A stretch of 64,000 bases of DNA from Geopsychrobacteraceae bacterium (GTDB taxonomy: Bacteria; Desulfobacterota; Desulfuromonadia; Desulfuromonadales; Geopsychrobacteraceae), in assembly GCA_963676795.2 (NCBI GenBank), contig CAXXTB010000001.1:352001-416000 (forward strand), read 5' to 3'. Positions 26,112 through 37,136 of this stretch are shown in pieces (position 1 is the first letter of the stretch; every line of letters starts with the position of its first letter). Position numbers and translations under genes: made by a program. The notes under the pieces were generated by a model, which made no database searches, had not been told where the DNA came from, and worked only from the letters and a program-made list of their open reading frames with translations.

Positions 26112-26786
26112 ATGAAGCCTATCGAGCGCCATCAGACATTACGGGAAAAAATTCTCGAATCAATCCGTGAAGCGATTCTCAAAGGGAGCCTCAAGCCTGG
26201 TGAGAAGGTTGCCGAACCGGAACTGGCTGAAAAATTCGGCATCAGCAGAACGCCGATCCGTGAAGCGTTCCGGCAGCTTGAATCTGAAGGCTACCTGACT
26301 GTCGTGCCGCGCAAGGGAGCTGTTGTTGCTGCCATGTCAGAACGGGATGTGCAGGAGTTTTATGCCATCAAGAGTATTCTTGAAGGCTATGCGGCTTCAC
26401 TCGCTGCGGCAAACCTGACCGACAAGGAGCTGAAAAAGCTCGAAACCATCAACGAAAAGATGGATCAGCTGGCCACAGAGGGGGATGTCAAAGCCTTCTT
26501 CAGGGTCCATAATGAATTTCACGATATTTTTGTCAAAGCCGCCAATAATTCAAAACTGTACGATCTGATTCAGCAGCTGGGACTCAAATTCAGCCGCTTG
26601 CGTATGGCGTCACTTTCGGTCGAAGGCCGCATGGCTATCTCGGTCGAAGAGCACGGCAAGCTGCTCGATGCTTTTCGCCAGCACGATTCGGATCTCGCTC
26701 AGCAGATGGTCCAGAACACGGCAGGAATAGGCGGCAAGGCATTGCTGGAAAGCCTGGCGGCGCAGACAGGTTCCGATAAGTCATAA
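26112..26786 (+). CDS. GntR-family (FCD) transcriptional regulator
   Basis: LKPGEKV.E.ELAEKFGISRTPIREA wHTH, C-terminal FCD with NEFH and EH. Confidence 0.95.
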   Translation: MKPIERHQTLREKILESIREAILKGSLKPGEKVAEPELAEKFGISRTPIREAFRQLESEGYLTVVPRKGAVVAAMSERDVQEFYAIKSILEGYAASLAAANLTDKELKKLETINEKMDQLATEGDVKAFFRVHNEFHDIFVKAANNSKLYDLIQQLGLKFSRLRMASLSVEGRMAISVEEHGKLLDAFRQHDSDLAQQMVQNTAGIGGKALLESLAAQTGSDKS

Positions 26787-26832
26787 AGATGAAAAAAAAC
26801 TCCTTTAATGGGGTTTTTTTTATCTGTGACAG

Positions 26833-27702
26833 TTAGCGAAGGCTGTTGAGCGACTTGAGTTTGAGATTAAAGACATCAGCCCACAGATTGTCCGGACAGG
26901 TATTGCCCTTTGTCAGCATGCTGAGTTGCTCGCTGGTGATAGGAAACAGGGGACAATGCTGCAGGAGAGACACCAGTGGTGTTATACCGGCCAATGGCAG
27001 CCGTACTTTGCGTACCACTGGACCAAGGCCGCTCAGTTGCGAAATGCGGTCGAGCAGTTCAGTGTAGGAGAGTGCTTCGGGGCCACCGCAGCAGAAGGTT
27101 TGAGCAATGCTGTCCGGACGTTCAAGGGCAGCGACAAAAGCGTTCGCGATATCAGAAACATGGACTGGCTGTAATCGGTAGTCGCCGGAACCGAAGACGG
27201 GGACCAGCGGAAGCAGTTTGACAAGTCTGGTGAGCATGGTCACAAAAAGATCGTCCGGACCAAAGATCAGTGACGGGCGGAAAATGGTCCAGTCGAGCCC
27301 TGAGTTACGGACAAACTGTTCGGCGGCGAATTTGGTCTTATGATAGCCTGTCTCGGAGTCTGTCGCGGCACCATTGGCACTCATATGTATGTAGCGCTTT
27401 ACCCCGAAATCAGCAGCAGCTTTCACTACGTTCTGTGTTGCCAGAGAGTGAAGGCGTTCGAAGGTTATGCCCTGAGAACGTTTCTCCCGGATAATGCCGA
27501 CCAGGTGGATAACGGCGTCGCACCCCTCAATGGCACTTAACGACTCGGCGCGGGTGACATCACCACTGACAGCTTCGACGGTCTGGTGCTGCAATGGCAG
27601 CGCAGAGTGAGTCAGTGCTCTGACCTGATGATTTTTGTCAACAAGTTGCTGGATGACAGTGCGGCCGACGAATCCACTTCCACCTGTGACGAATACCTTC
27701 AT
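26833..27702 (-). CDS. NAD(P)-dependent epimerase / complex I NDUFA9-like atypical SDR
   Basis: VFVTGGSGFVG, VIHLVGII, YHKTK, RPSLIFG, LQPVHVSD. Confidence 0.9.
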   Translation of the reverse strand: MKVFVTGGSGFVGRTVIQQLVDKNHQVRALTHSALPLQHQTVEAVSGDVTRAESLSAIEGCDAVIHLVGIIREKRSQGITFERLHSLATQNVVKAAADFGVKRYIHMSANGAATDSETGYHKTKFAAEQFVRNSGLDWTIFRPSLIFGPDDLFVTMLTRLVKLLPLVPVFGSGDYRLQPVHVSDIANAFVAALERPDSIAQTFCCGGPEALSYTELLDRISQLSGLGPVVRKVRLPLAGITPLVSLLQHCPLFPITSEQLSMLTKGNTCPDNLWADVFNLKLKSLNSLR

Positions 27703-27932
27703 ATCTCTCTCCTGCGCAGATGATTGTAGATTATAACAGATCCGCACGTTGCAAGAAAAACCCGAGAAACTTCAAGATACAACAGCGTTATGAAAAAAAA
27801 GGAAAAAACACGTTGAGCTGTTGTCTTAATGAGCCTGATGAGCTATTTTCCAGTCTTGTTTATGATGTTTTATTTGGGCCGCTGGCCACCAGCTGAGAAT
27901 GAAATAAAAAAACGCAATGTTTAGGAGAGAAA

Positions 27933-29516
27933 ATGGACAATCTGACAGCAGCAGACTTGGGGTTGAAGAGTGTCGGGACGGTATACCACAACCTTGACTA
28001 TCCGGGACTGTTCGATCACGAGTTAAAGAATCAAGAAGGCGCAATTTCTGAGAATGGCACGATGATGGTCGATACCGGCAAGTTTACCGGCCGTTCACCG
28101 AAGGACAAGTATTTCGTCAAGCAGGCAGACTCTGCAGAGAAGATCGCCTGGGGCAACATCAATCAACCGGTTTCGGCGGAAATCTTTGATGAGCTCTACA
28201 CGGAAGTTATCGACTACCTGTCCGACAAGGACATCTATGTCACCGACGGCTACTGCGGGGCCAACCCCCAGACCCGTAAACAGGTGCGCTTTGTCACCCA
28301 GATCGCCTGGCAGTCTCACTTTGTCAAAAACATGTTCATCCGCCCCGGTGCAGAAGAACTGGCAGATTTTCAGCCGAATTTTACCGTCTACAACGCTTCC
28401 GGTTTGACCAATCCGAAATGGCAGGAGATGGGACTGAATTCCGAGGTTTTCGTTATCTTCAATATTGAAAAGAACGTCGCGATTATCGGTGGTACCTGGT
28501 ACGGCGGTGAAATGAAAAAAGGGATTTTCACCATGATGAACTACTGGTTGCCGCTGGAGAACATCCTGGCGATGCACTGTAGTGCCAACGTCGGCAAGGA
28601 CGGAGATGTCTGTCTCTTCTTCGGTCTTTCCGGAACCGGCAAGACCACCCTGTCGACGGATGCGGCGCGCAAACTGATCGGTGATGACGAGCACGGCTGG
28701 GACGAAGATGGTATCTTCAACTTCGAAGGTGGCTGCTACGCCAAGTGTATCGATCTGTCTGCCGAGAGCGAGCCGGAGATTTTCGGTGCCATCAAGCGCA
28801 ATGCGCTGCTGGAAAACGTCGTCTACGATGAAGACGGTATCATTGATTTCAAGGACGGCTCAAAAACCGAGAATACCCGCGTCTCCTACCCGATCGATCA
28901 TATCGATAACCATGACTCCTCACTCAAAAGCGGTCATCCGAAGAACATCATCTTCCTGACCTGCGATGCTTTCGGGGTTTTGCCTCCAGTCTCCAAGCTG
29001 ACCAAGGAACAGGCGATGTATTACTTCCTGTCCGGTTATACGGCCAAGGTCGCCGGTACCGAGCGCGGGATCACCGAACCTCAGGCGGCCTTTTCAGCCT
29101 GTTTCGGTGAAGCTTTCCTGCCGCTGCACCCGACCGTCTATGCCAGCCTGCTGGGCGACAAGATGGAGCAGCACAATGTTAACGCCTACCTGGTCAATAC
29201 CGGCTGGGCCGGCGGCGGCTACGGTGTCGGCAAGCGGATGAGCATCAAGGCGACCCGCGCCTGCATCAATGCAATTCTTGACGGCAGTATCAACGCCGCT
29301 GAATTTGAGCAGACCAACTTCTTCAAGCTCAACATTCCGAAGTCGCTGCCGGGTGTCGATGCCCACCTGCTCAATCCGCGCAACGCCTGGAGTGATAAGG
29401 CCGAGTTCGACGCAACGGCGGAGAAGCTGGCCGGGATGTTTATCGCGAACTTTAACAAGTACATGACTGAAAACAGTGAATTCGATTTTACCAAGGCGGG
29501 TCCACAACTCCCGTAG
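27933..29516 (+). CDS. pckA: Phosphoenolpyruvate carboxykinase (ATP)
   Basis: [45 protein letters not shown]. Confidence 0.99.
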   Translation: MDNLTAADLGLKSVGTVYHNLDYPGLFDHELKNQEGAISENGTMMVDTGKFTGRSPKDKYFVKQADSAEKIAWGNINQPVSAEIFDELYTEVIDYLSDKDIYVTDGYCGANPQTRKQVRFVTQIAWQSHFVKNMFIRPGAEELADFQPNFTVYNASGLTNPKWQEMGLNSEVFVIFNIEKNVAIIGGTWYGGEMKKGIFTMMNYWLPLENILAMHCSANVGKDGDVCLFFGLSGTGKTTLSTDAARKLIGDDEHGWDEDGIFNFEGGCYAKCIDLSAESEPEIFGAIKRNALLENVVYDEDGIIDFKDGSKTENTRVSYPIDHIDNHDSSLKSGHPKNIIFLTCDAFGVLPPVSKLTKEQAMYYFLSGYTAKVAGTERGITEPQAAFSACFGEAFLPLHPTVYASLLGDKMEQHNVNAYLVNTGWAGGGYGVGKRMSIKATRACINAILDGSINAAEFEQTNFFKLNIPKSLPGVDAHLLNPRNAWSDKAEFDATAEKLAGMFIANFNKYMTENSEFDFTKAGPQLP

Positions 29517-29538
29517 GGGTATAGCGGTTTCAGTTCAG

Positions 29539-29570
29539 AAGCGGTCGGCAGTGATGCGGCCGCTTTTTTT
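29539..29570 (+). terminator. Intrinsic terminator after pckA
   Basis: AAGCGGTCG...CGGCCGCTT followed by a T run. Confidence 0.75.
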
Positions 29571-29641
29571 ATTGCTGTTGCTTGACATATATTAAAAGAA
29601 AAATAATAATTAACTGCTAAAAATTAAAAATAGGTAAATGT

Positions 29642-30622
29642 ATGTTTTCTGGGGAAAAAAGCAGAAGAGGCGAATTTGCATTGATCGACTGGATCGAGCA
29701 GCAGGCCGGTTCCAGTGAGCTCTTGAGCCTGGGGATAGGCGATGATTGCGCCATTCAGCCGCAGCAGGCCGGAATGGATCTGCTGACCAGTACCGACCTG
29801 CTTATCGAAGGGGTCCATTTTAAATGCGAATGGACCGATTTTTTCTCCCTGGGAGCCAAATCCGCCGCTGTCAACCTGAGTGATATTGCGGCCATGGGTG
29901 GCAGGGCCCAGAGCATTTTTCTCGGGCTTGCCCGCCCGGCGACGCTGAACGACAGTGCTGTCGAAGAACTGATCAAAGGCTTTGTCGCAGAAGCTGCACG
30001 CTATGGAGTTGTGCTGGCCGGTGGTGACACCTGCTCATCGCCGGGGCCGCTGATGGTTTCGGTCACTGTTCAGGGGGCGGTGCCTGCGGGAACAGCGATC
30101 AGACGTGACGGGGCGCAGCCGGGGGACTGGCTCTACGTCTCCGGAACCCTGGGGGACAGTGCCCTGGCGCTGCATGCTCTGCAGGCCGGAGAAACTGCCA
30201 GGCCGGCGCTGGCGCGGCGCTTCCACCGGCCGACGGCTCGGATCGAGCTGGGCCGCTATCTGGCGGAAAACCGGCTGGCGACAGCCATGCTCGACGTATC
30301 GGATGGCTTGCTTGGTGATCTGAACCATATCCTCGAAGCTTCGGCGGTTGGTGCCGAGGTTCAGCTCCAGCAGCTGCCCTTGTCCGCCGATTTTGCCGAG
30401 CTGCTGTCCGCTGACGAAAGCATGATCGATCTGGCCTTAAGCGGCGGTGAAGATTACGAACTGCTGTTCACCTCAGCGCATGATGAGCTGGAACATCTGT
30501 CCGGCCTGCCCGAGACGCTGACCAGGATCGGTCGCATAACCTCGGAGCGCAAGCTGCTTGTTCTTGCCGGGGATGGCAGCCACTATCAGTGCCAACGGGG
30601 AGGGTTTGATCATTTCGCCTGA
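29642..30622 (+). CDS. thiL: Thiamine-monophosphate kinase
   Basis: GEFALI, GIGDDCA, NLSDIAAMG, GGDT, DVSDGL, GGEDYELLFT. Confidence 0.97.
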   Translation: MFSGEKSRRGEFALIDWIEQQAGSSELLSLGIGDDCAIQPQQAGMDLLTSTDLLIEGVHFKCEWTDFFSLGAKSAAVNLSDIAAMGGRAQSIFLGLARPATLNDSAVEELIKGFVAEAARYGVVLAGGDTCSSPGPLMVSVTVQGAVPAGTAIRRDGAQPGDWLYVSGTLGDSALALHALQAGETARPALARRFHRPTARIELGRYLAENRLATAMLDVSDGLLGDLNHILEASAVGAEVQLQQLPLSADFAELLSADESMIDLALSGGEDYELLFTSAHDELEHLSGLPETLTRIGRITSERKLLVLAGDGSHYQCQRGGFDHFA

Positions 30623-31544
30623 GAAGAAAGATCCGGATCGGGGACAACCGGAGATTCTCCGGGAGGATCACAAGGTTCTCTGTGTCGGCAGCCTGGTCAG
30701 TGATGTGGATTACTCAAGGGTTGCGGAGATTCTTAAGGGAGAGCAGAATTTTTCTCTCGAGGGGTACAAAGCTTTGACCATGAAGAGGCGCCTGGCTGCC
30801 CGGGTCAGGGCCGCTGGTTTCAGCGATCTGGCGGGGTATATCACTCTGCTGGCCGGCGACGAAGCGGAACAGCAGAAACTGCTGGCCGCTCTGAGTGTCC
30901 ACGTTTCGCAGTTTTTTCGGAATCCCAGTTCGTTTATGGCACTCAAGAACAAGGTGCTCAGGCGACTCTTTGCCCAGGCCGGAACCAATGGACAGAGGCT
31001 GCGCTTCTGGAGCGTCGGTTGTGCCTACGGCGAAGAGGCCTATACCCTGGCCCTGATCTGTGAGGAGTTCAGGCCCGCGGCTGAGAGCCTGATGATCATT
31101 GGCAGCGATCTAAGCAGTGAAGCGATCAGGCAGGCCCGCCAGGGGCTCTATACAGAGGAGCGCCTCAAGGGGGTGCCGGACGGGTTGCGAGACAGGTATT
31201 TCAGCAACGAAGAGGGGCGCTACCGGATCGCCGAGGAAATCAGACGCCAGGTGCGGTTTTTTCGCCATGATATTCTTGCCGAAAAACCCTTTTACCGGGC
31301 CGACCTGATCCTCTGCCGTAACCTGCTGATCTATTTTTCGCGTGAACAGCAGGAGATGATCCTGCGTTCCCTGGCCGAGACGCTGACCGCGGGAGGCTAC
31401 CTGATGCTGGGTCGGGCCGAGACACTGGCACCCGCCTGTCGCGAACTGTTCAGCTGCATCGATCCGGCGGAAAGAATCTATCAGCGCACGAAAGAAGCCC
31501 GAGATCAACTTTTGAATGAACGTCATGATTTGGACGGCCTGTAA
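30558..31544 (+). CDS. cheR: Chemotaxis methyltransferase CheR (true start probably downstream of the ORF-track start)
   Basis: VSQFFRN, WSVGCAYGEEAYT, GSDLS, DLILCRNLLIYF, LGRAE. Confidence 0.93.
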   Translation: MFLPGMAATISANGEGLIISPEKKDPDRGQPEILREDHKVLCVGSLVSDVDYSRVAEILKGEQNFSLEGYKALTMKRRLAARVRAAGFSDLAGYITLLAGDEAEQQKLLAALSVHVSQFFRNPSSFMALKNKVLRRLFAQAGTNGQRLRFWSVGCAYGEEAYTLALICEEFRPAAESLMIIGSDLSSEAIRQARQGLYTEERLKGVPDGLRDRYFSNEEGRYRIAEEIRRQVRFFRHDILAEKPFYRADLILCRNLLIYFSREQQEMILRSLAETLTAGGYLMLGRAETLAPACRELFSCIDPAERIYQRTKEARDQLLNERHDLDGL

Positions 31545-31601
31545 CCATCAGCATCTTGTCGGAGTGGAGCAGCAGGTTCCGCTCTGCCGTGCCGAAGGAG
31601 A

Positions 31602-32888
31602 ATGAAAATGCGTGTTGAAATCAGTCACAAGTTTGTTGTCGGCATCATCATCGTTGTCGCTTCGGTGGTCCTGCTGAACATCCTGGTTCCGCAGATGGAC
31701 ATTCCTGAGTGGACCCATCAATGGATCATTATTATCGGTGCCCTGCTGGTCGGGCTGATCTTCGGCTGGCTTTTCTCCAAGGCGTTCAGCGCCAATATCA
31801 AGATCCTGCGCGAAGGTGCGGAGCGCCTCAGCGAGGGGGACTTGAGCCGCAAGGTGCGGCTGCGCAAGGGGTTGTTCAGCGATGAGACGGAGGACCTGTC
31901 GGTCTCTCTCAATCTGGTTGTTGACAGTCTGCGCAACCTGGTCGGGCAGATCCGAACCAGTTCGGTCAATGTCAATGAATCCTCACTGGCGCTGTCGACC
32001 ACAGCCGAGGAGATGACCGCTGCCGCCCATGAGGTGGCCGGTTCGATCGAACAGATCAGCCGCGGAGCCGAAACCCAGGCGGAGATGGTCGAGCGGGCCT
32101 CCAAGGTCATCCGTGAAATGGCTGAACAGATCGAGCTGGTGACCAGCGTTGCCGGCAAGCTGTCGATCTCGTCCGAGGAGACCACCATCTCGGCCCGCCA
32201 GGGGGAAGGGCTGACCGCCAAAGCGCTGGAAAACCTCAAAGACGTACTCAGTCAGATTGAAAACAATGCTGAATTGATCGTCGCTTTCAGCGAACAAGTG
32301 CAGAAGATCGGTTCGATCATCGACGTCATCACCAACATCGCCCAGAAAACCAACCTGTTGGCTCTCAATGCCACCATCGAAGCGGCCCGGGCCGGAGAAT
32401 ACGGCCACGGTTTTGCCGTTGTCGCCGAGGAGGTCAGCAAGCTTGCCGATAGCACCAGCGCCTCGGCAGGGGAGATCACCCGCTTGATCGAAACGACCCG
32501 CGAGCAGAGCCAGAAGGTTCAGCAGTCGATGGCGGATAGCGTCAAGGCGATCGATGCCGGCCGTGAAGCAGTCGATATCACCGGCAGCGCTTTCAAGACC
32601 ATTATCGACAAGGCGGAAACGGCCCAGGTCAAATCGGTGCATATCCGTGACCTGACCGAGAAACAGCGCAGCGGTGCCCAGGCCCTGGTTGTCGCCATCG
32701 AAGAGATCGCCCGGGTTGCTGAGGACAACGCGGCTTCGACAGAGGAGGTGTCGGCCTCGACAGAGGAACAGACTGCCTCGATGGAAGAGATGACCTTCGC
32801 CTCGCAACGCCTGTCCAAACTGGCCGATGAACTGCTGGTTTCGGTGAGCCAGTTTAATATGGGGGCCGTTCAGGAGCCCAAGGGATGA
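31602..32888 (+). CDS. Methyl-accepting chemotaxis protein lacking a periplasmic sensor domain (DifA-like)
   Basis: Two N-terminal TMs joined by a very short loop, HAMP domain, signalling hairpin [33 protein letters not shown]. Confidence 0.93.
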   Translation: MKMRVEISHKFVVGIIIVVASVVLLNILVPQMDIPEWTHQWIIIIGALLVGLIFGWLFSKAFSANIKILREGAERLSEGDLSRKVRLRKGLFSDETEDLSVSLNLVVDSLRNLVGQIRTSSVNVNESSLALSTTAEEMTAAAHEVAGSIEQISRGAETQAEMVERASKVIREMAEQIELVTSVAGKLSISSEETTISARQGEGLTAKALENLKDVLSQIENNAELIVAFSEQVQKIGSIIDVITNIAQKTNLLALNATIEAARAGEYGHGFAVVAEEVSKLADSTSASAGEITRLIETTREQSQKVQQSMADSVKAIDAGREAVDITGSAFKTIIDKAETAQVKSVHIRDLTEKQRSGAQALVVAIEEIARVAEDNAASTEEVSASTEEQTASMEEMTFASQRLSKLADELLVSVSQFNMGAVQEPKG

Positions 32889-33316
32889 GGCAGCTGCTCC
32901 CTTTTTGCATCGGTGCGGAAAAATATGCGCTTGAGCTGTTCGATGTCCAGGAGATCGTCGAAAATGTCGTGATCTATCCTTTCCCCGGAGCTCCCGAGGT
33001 GGTCGCCGGGGCTATAGGGTTTCATGGCCGGATTGTTCCAGTGGTCAACCTGGCGCGGCTGCTCGGTGACCGGGAGTCGCCCCTCGGACAGCGGCTTATT
33101 GTGCTGACCAATGAACAGGGTCCGGTCGCCCTCGGCGTTTCAATGGTCCTGCCTGTGCAGAAACTCGAAGCGACAAGGGAGCAGTTGCCTGACGGAGATG
33201 CTGAGAATCCCTTCGTCAGTTGTTACCTCTATTGGGAAAATGACATGATCACGCTGTTTAACCTGCAGACGTTGCGCAGTCAGCTGGAGCTGCTGTGCGG
33301 CAGTACGGGAGTCTGA
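32885..33316 (+). CDS. cheW: Chemotaxis adaptor CheW
   Basis: [28 protein letters not shown]; position in the cluster. Confidence 0.88.
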   Translation: MRQLLPFCIGAEKYALELFDVQEIVENVVIYPFPGAPEVVAGAIGFHGRIVPVVNLARLLGDRESPLGQRLIVLTNEQGPVALGVSMVLPVQKLEATREQLPDGDAENPFVSCYLYWENDMITLFNLQTLRSQLELLCGSTGV

Positions 33317-33320
33317 GAGA

Positions 33321-33686
33321 GTGACCGGAAAAGTCCTCATCGTCGATGATGCACTGTTTATGCGCAATATGCTCAGGGATATATTTGAAGACGCCGGTTG
33401 GCTGGTTGTCGAGGTCGACAGCGGCGAGCAGGCGATCAGCTGTTATCGCGAAGAACAACCTGATCTGGTGACCATGGATATTGTCATGCCGGGGATGGGC
33501 GGAATCAGTGCTCTAGAAGCCTTGCTCCAGCGTAACCCGGAGGCGCGGGTCGTGGTCTGCAGCGCGCTGGGCCAGAAGAAGCTGATCATGGAAGCGATCA
33601 GCGCCGGAGCCAGAGATTTCATCGTCAAACCGTTTAAAAGCGAACAGGTCATAGAAGTAGCGGATCGTGTTGTTGGTAGCTCATAA
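33321..33686 (+). CDS. cheY: Single-domain response regulator CheY (DifD-like)
   Basis: VLIVDDALFMR, PDLVTMDIVMP, CSALGQ, FIVKPF. Confidence 0.92.
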   Translation: MTGKVLIVDDALFMRNMLRDIFEDAGWLVVEVDSGEQAISCYREEQPDLVTMDIVMPGMGGISALEALLQRNPEARVVVCSALGQKKLIMEAISAGARDFIVKPFKSEQVIEVADRVVGSS

Positions 33687-33733
33687 CAGGATCAGGACAC
33701 TCACTGATTCTGGTCTTAATCGGGTGGCAAGCG

Positions 33734-35560
33734 ATGGATATTGAAAAGTTTCGAGACATGTTCCTGGTCGAAGCAGCTGAACATCTGCAGAAGATGGCGC
33801 AGCTGCTGATCCAGCTGGATAATGATCAGCATGATGCTGACAACGTTGCGGCCCTGTTCCGTCAAGCGCATTCCATCAAGGGGATGGCCGCAACCATGGA
33901 GTATCACCAGATGGCGCGCCTGGCCCACCATCTGGAGGATGCCCTCGATGCTTGCCGGAAAGAGGGGACGATCAGCGAAAAGCTGCTGGATCGGGTTCTT
34001 GATGGCCTCGATCTGCTCGAAAAACTGCTTGAGGATATCCGCGAAGGGCGCACTGAGCGTGATATCGATGCGTTTCTGGCCAGCGAAGAGGTTATCATCG
34101 AACTGCCCGACGACGGCCTTGAGAGCGGCTTCAGGGCTGTTGGCCAAGGGCTGCTCGTTGAACTGCAGCTCAAGGAGTCGGTTGGGGCTGCCGGGCCACG
34201 TTATCTGGTTCTGCTCAAGCGCATGGCCGATTTCGGCCGGATTATCGAATCCCGGCCGAGCGAGGAGCTGCTGCTCGGCGGAGAGGTCCCGAAAAAACTG
34301 AGTATCCGCCTGGAAAGCGAACTTTCCGAAGAGGATATTCGGCAACGCCTGGAACGCTACAGCGAGCTCGACAGGGTCGTGTTTGTCAATGAAAGCCTCG
34401 AGGCCGAACAGCAGGTCCGAAAAAAGCCGGGCCATCAGACCCTGAGGGTCAACACGGAACTGCTTGACCACCTGATCAACCTGACCGGTGAACTGATTAC
34501 CAATCGCTATCATCTGCAGAGCGCCCTGCGCCAGCAGAGCTGGCAGGATATCGATGAAGGGGTCGGGCGGATGGCACGGCTGATCAAGAATCTCCACCAT
34601 CAGGTCCTCAAGGTGCGCATGGTCTCCCTCGATAACCTGATCGGCCGCCTCGCCCGCAGCGTTTTTGAACTGTCCCGTACCAGCGGCAAGCAGGTGCAGT
34701 TCAACGTCGACTGTGCCGACCTGGAACTGGACCGGACGATCGTCGACGAACTGCTCAGCCCGCTCACCCACATGGTTCGCAACGCCGTGGATCATGGCAT
34801 AGAGGAGCAGGGGACGGTCACCTTCAAGGCCTGGCGTGAGCGGGACCAGGTGCTGATCCAGGTTGCCGATGACGGGGCCGGTATCGATCCGCACAAGATC
34901 AGGGAAAAAGCCCTGGGTGCCGGGCTGATCAGCACCACTCAGGCGGACAACATGCGCGATATCGATCTCTATCAGCTGATCTGCAGTTCCGGATTTTCCA
35001 CGGCTGAAAAGGTGACGGAGGTGTCCGGCCGCGGCGTCGGCATGGACGTCGTCAAGACCGCCATAGAGAAGATCGGTGGGGTTCTGCTGATCGACTCGGC
35101 TGTCGGCGAAGGGACCCGGATCACCCTGAAACTGCCTCTGTCGATGGCGATCATTCGCGTGCTGCAGGTCGATTGCGGCGGGGTCTGCATGGCGATTCCG
35201 ATTACCCGGGTCATTCAGACTCTGGAAGTTGATCCACAGGAGATCAAAAGCAGTGGCAAACAGTTGCTGATCCCCTTCCAGGATGAATTGCTGCCGCTAT
35301 TGTCGTTGCGCAAAATGCTCAACCTGGCAAAGGGGGCGCGCCGCAATGCAATCGCTATCGTGGTCACCGAGGTGTTCGGCCGCCGGGTCGGATTGGTTGT
35401 CGACCGTCTGGTCGGCCAGCGGGAAATCTTTCTCCAGCGGCTGCCTGAGCCGTTCGAGCAGATTCGCGGTTGCAACGGGGCCACCATTCTTGGCGACGGG
35501 AGCATCGTCTTTCTTCTCGACCTCCAGTCGCTGCTGGAAAAGCGTCGCGCCGCGGCGTGA
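33734..35560 (+). CDS. cheA: Chemotaxis histidine kinase CheA
   Basis: Hpt FRQAHSIKG, HMVRNAVDHG, DDGAG, SGRGVGMDVVK, C-terminal CheW domain. Confidence 0.96.
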   Translation: MDIEKFRDMFLVEAAEHLQKMAQLLIQLDNDQHDADNVAALFRQAHSIKGMAATMEYHQMARLAHHLEDALDACRKEGTISEKLLDRVLDGLDLLEKLLEDIREGRTERDIDAFLASEEVIIELPDDGLESGFRAVGQGLLVELQLKESVGAAGPRYLVLLKRMADFGRIIESRPSEELLLGGEVPKKLSIRLESELSEEDIRQRLERYSELDRVVFVNESLEAEQQVRKKPGHQTLRVNTELLDHLINLTGELITNRYHLQSALRQQSWQDIDEGVGRMARLIKNLHHQVLKVRMVSLDNLIGRLARSVFELSRTSGKQVQFNVDCADLELDRTIVDELLSPLTHMVRNAVDHGIEEQGTVTFKAWRERDQVLIQVADDGAGIDPHKIREKALGAGLISTTQADNMRDIDLYQLICSSGFSTAEKVTEVSGRGVGMDVVKTAIEKIGGVLLIDSAVGEGTRITLKLPLSMAIIRVLQVDCGGVCMAIPITRVIQTLEVDPQEIKSSGKQLLIPFQDELLPLLSLRKMLNLAKGARRNAIAIVVTEVFGRRVGLVVDRLVGQREIFLQRLPEPFEQIRGCNGATILGDGSIVFLLDLQSLLEKRRAAA

Positions 35561-35693
35561 AAACGCCGCTTGCGGTTGCCAATTGGCCGTCTTTTAACAG
35601 TCCCCGGCTGTTCAGCCGGGCAAAAATTTGTTAGGATCGCCGCACATAAGAGTTTTCCTTGCCGGTAAACCAACAAATTAAAAGAGGTGCAAG

Positions 35694-36449
35694 ATGCTTC
35701 GTTATTTCATGCTGATCTTTCTGGTCTGTCTCTGGCCCGGGATTTCAGCAGCAGATGACCTGTCCCTGGACAGTGTTGTCAGTGCCCTGCAGACTCCTTT
35801 CCAGTCAACAACAGCGGCAGAGCAGAGGATTCAGGATCTGCACGCCGATTTCAACCAGATCTCCCATATCGCTTCGATTGATCGCAGCCAGCGTGGTGCC
35901 GGGGAGGTCTATTTCCGTTTTATCGCCGGGGCTGCGCAGCCGGGTCAGCTCTGCCTGTTCCGCTGGGAATACAGTGTCCCGACCGAGCAGGAGATCATCT
36001 CCGACGGCACAACCCTGTGGGTCTACCAACCGGACAACCGGCAGGCGATCCGCAGTGACATCCGTCAGCTGGCTAAGGGGGGAAACCCTGTCATGTTCCT
36101 CGCCAGCCTCGGCCAGCTCAGCCGTGATTTTACCATCGGCTGGGGGAAGACGCCTGTCGATGAGCAGGGCAACTATCTACTTGAGCTGACCCCGAAGCAG
36201 CCGTCGCAGCTGATCAGCCTGATAGAGGTTCTGGTCAGTCACGAAGCGGTTGACAACTGGCGGAACAAAGCTGCCGGAAAGATCATCTTCCCGCTCAAAA
36301 TGACCCGGGTCACGGATGCGGGGGGTAACCTGACGACCATTGAATTCAGTCATGTCAGGGTCAATCAGCAGCTCAACGAGAAGTTGTTCAGCTTTGAGCT
36401 GCCCGAAGGGGTGGACCTGCTGGAATCGGCCGAGCAGCTGAATTTCTGA
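35694..36449 (+). CDS. lolA: Outer-membrane lipoprotein carrier LolA family
   Basis: Signal peptide, ADFNQ, FRWEY..P.EQEIISDGTTLWVYQP, C-terminal FSFELPEGV. Confidence 0.88.
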   Translation: MLRYFMLIFLVCLWPGISAADDLSLDSVVSALQTPFQSTTAAEQRIQDLHADFNQISHIASIDRSQRGAGEVYFRFIAGAAQPGQLCLFRWEYSVPTEQEIISDGTTLWVYQPDNRQAIRSDIRQLAKGGNPVMFLASLGQLSRDFTIGWGKTPVDEQGNYLLELTPKQPSQLISLIEVLVSHEAVDNWRNKAAGKIIFPLKMTRVTDAGGNLTTIEFSHVRVNQQLNEKLFSFELPEGVDLLESAEQLNF

Positions 36450-36476
36450 AATTTTCCAGCCGGGAACGTACCTGGG

Positions 36477-36508
36477 ACAGCTTCGGGCTTTGGCCTGAAG
36501 CTGTTTTT
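36477..36508 (+). terminator. Intrinsic terminator after lolA
   Basis: ACAGCTTCGGGC-TTTG-GCCTGAAGCTGT-TTTT. Confidence 0.75.
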
Positions 36509-36556
36509 ATGTTATAAGTCTCCGATTCTGTGAGTTTTTTATCAAGGAGTTGCAAG

Positions 36557-37042
36557 ATGCCCAGTTTTGATATTGTTTCCAAAATCGACCTGCAGGAGGT
36601 CGACAACGCGGTCAACCAGGCGCTCAAGGAAGTCGGTCAACGCTATGATTTCAAGGGCACCCATAACGAGATCGAGCTTGATAAGGACAGCATCAAGATC
36701 CTTGCTGCCGACGAATACAAGCTGCAGGCGATCAAGGAGATCCTGATCGGCAAGCTGGTCCGGCGCAATGTCTCCCCCAAGTGCCTCGACTACGGCAAGG
36801 AGGAGTCTGCCTCCGGTGGTGCCGTCCGGGTCCGGGCTGCGCTGGTGCAGGGGATCAGCAAGGAGAAGGCCAAAGATATCATCAAGCTGATCAAGGACAG
36901 CAAGCTCAAGGTTCAGCCACAGATCATGGATGACCAGGTGCGCGTCAGCGGCAAGAAGATCGATGACCTGCAGGAAGTGATTCAGCTGCTTAAGAGCCAG
37001 GACGTCGGCATTGAGCTGCAGTTCGAAAATATGAGGTCTTAA
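36557..37042 (+). CDS. yajQ: YajQ-family nucleotide/c-di-GMP-binding protein
   Basis: [43 protein letters not shown]. Confidence 0.96.
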   Translation: MPSFDIVSKIDLQEVDNAVNQALKEVGQRYDFKGTHNEIELDKDSIKILAADEYKLQAIKEILIGKLVRRNVSPKCLDYGKEESASGGAVRVRAALVQGISKEKAKDIIKLIKDSKLKVQPQIMDDQVRVSGKKIDDLQEVIQLLKSQDVGIELQFENMRS

Positions 37043-37136
37043 CCTCAAGGTTGGTGAGTCAGGAGAACTCTGACGTTTTCAGGTTCCCGTTCCGGGAGCT
37101 GTCTTGGTAGCGCGATTTATGCAGTAAGGGCGTAGA

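Noticed and set aside
27835..27905. CTGATGAG ... GAAA upstream of pckA as a hammerhead ribozyme core
   Set aside because: No stem II or flanking stems could be formed around the motifs.
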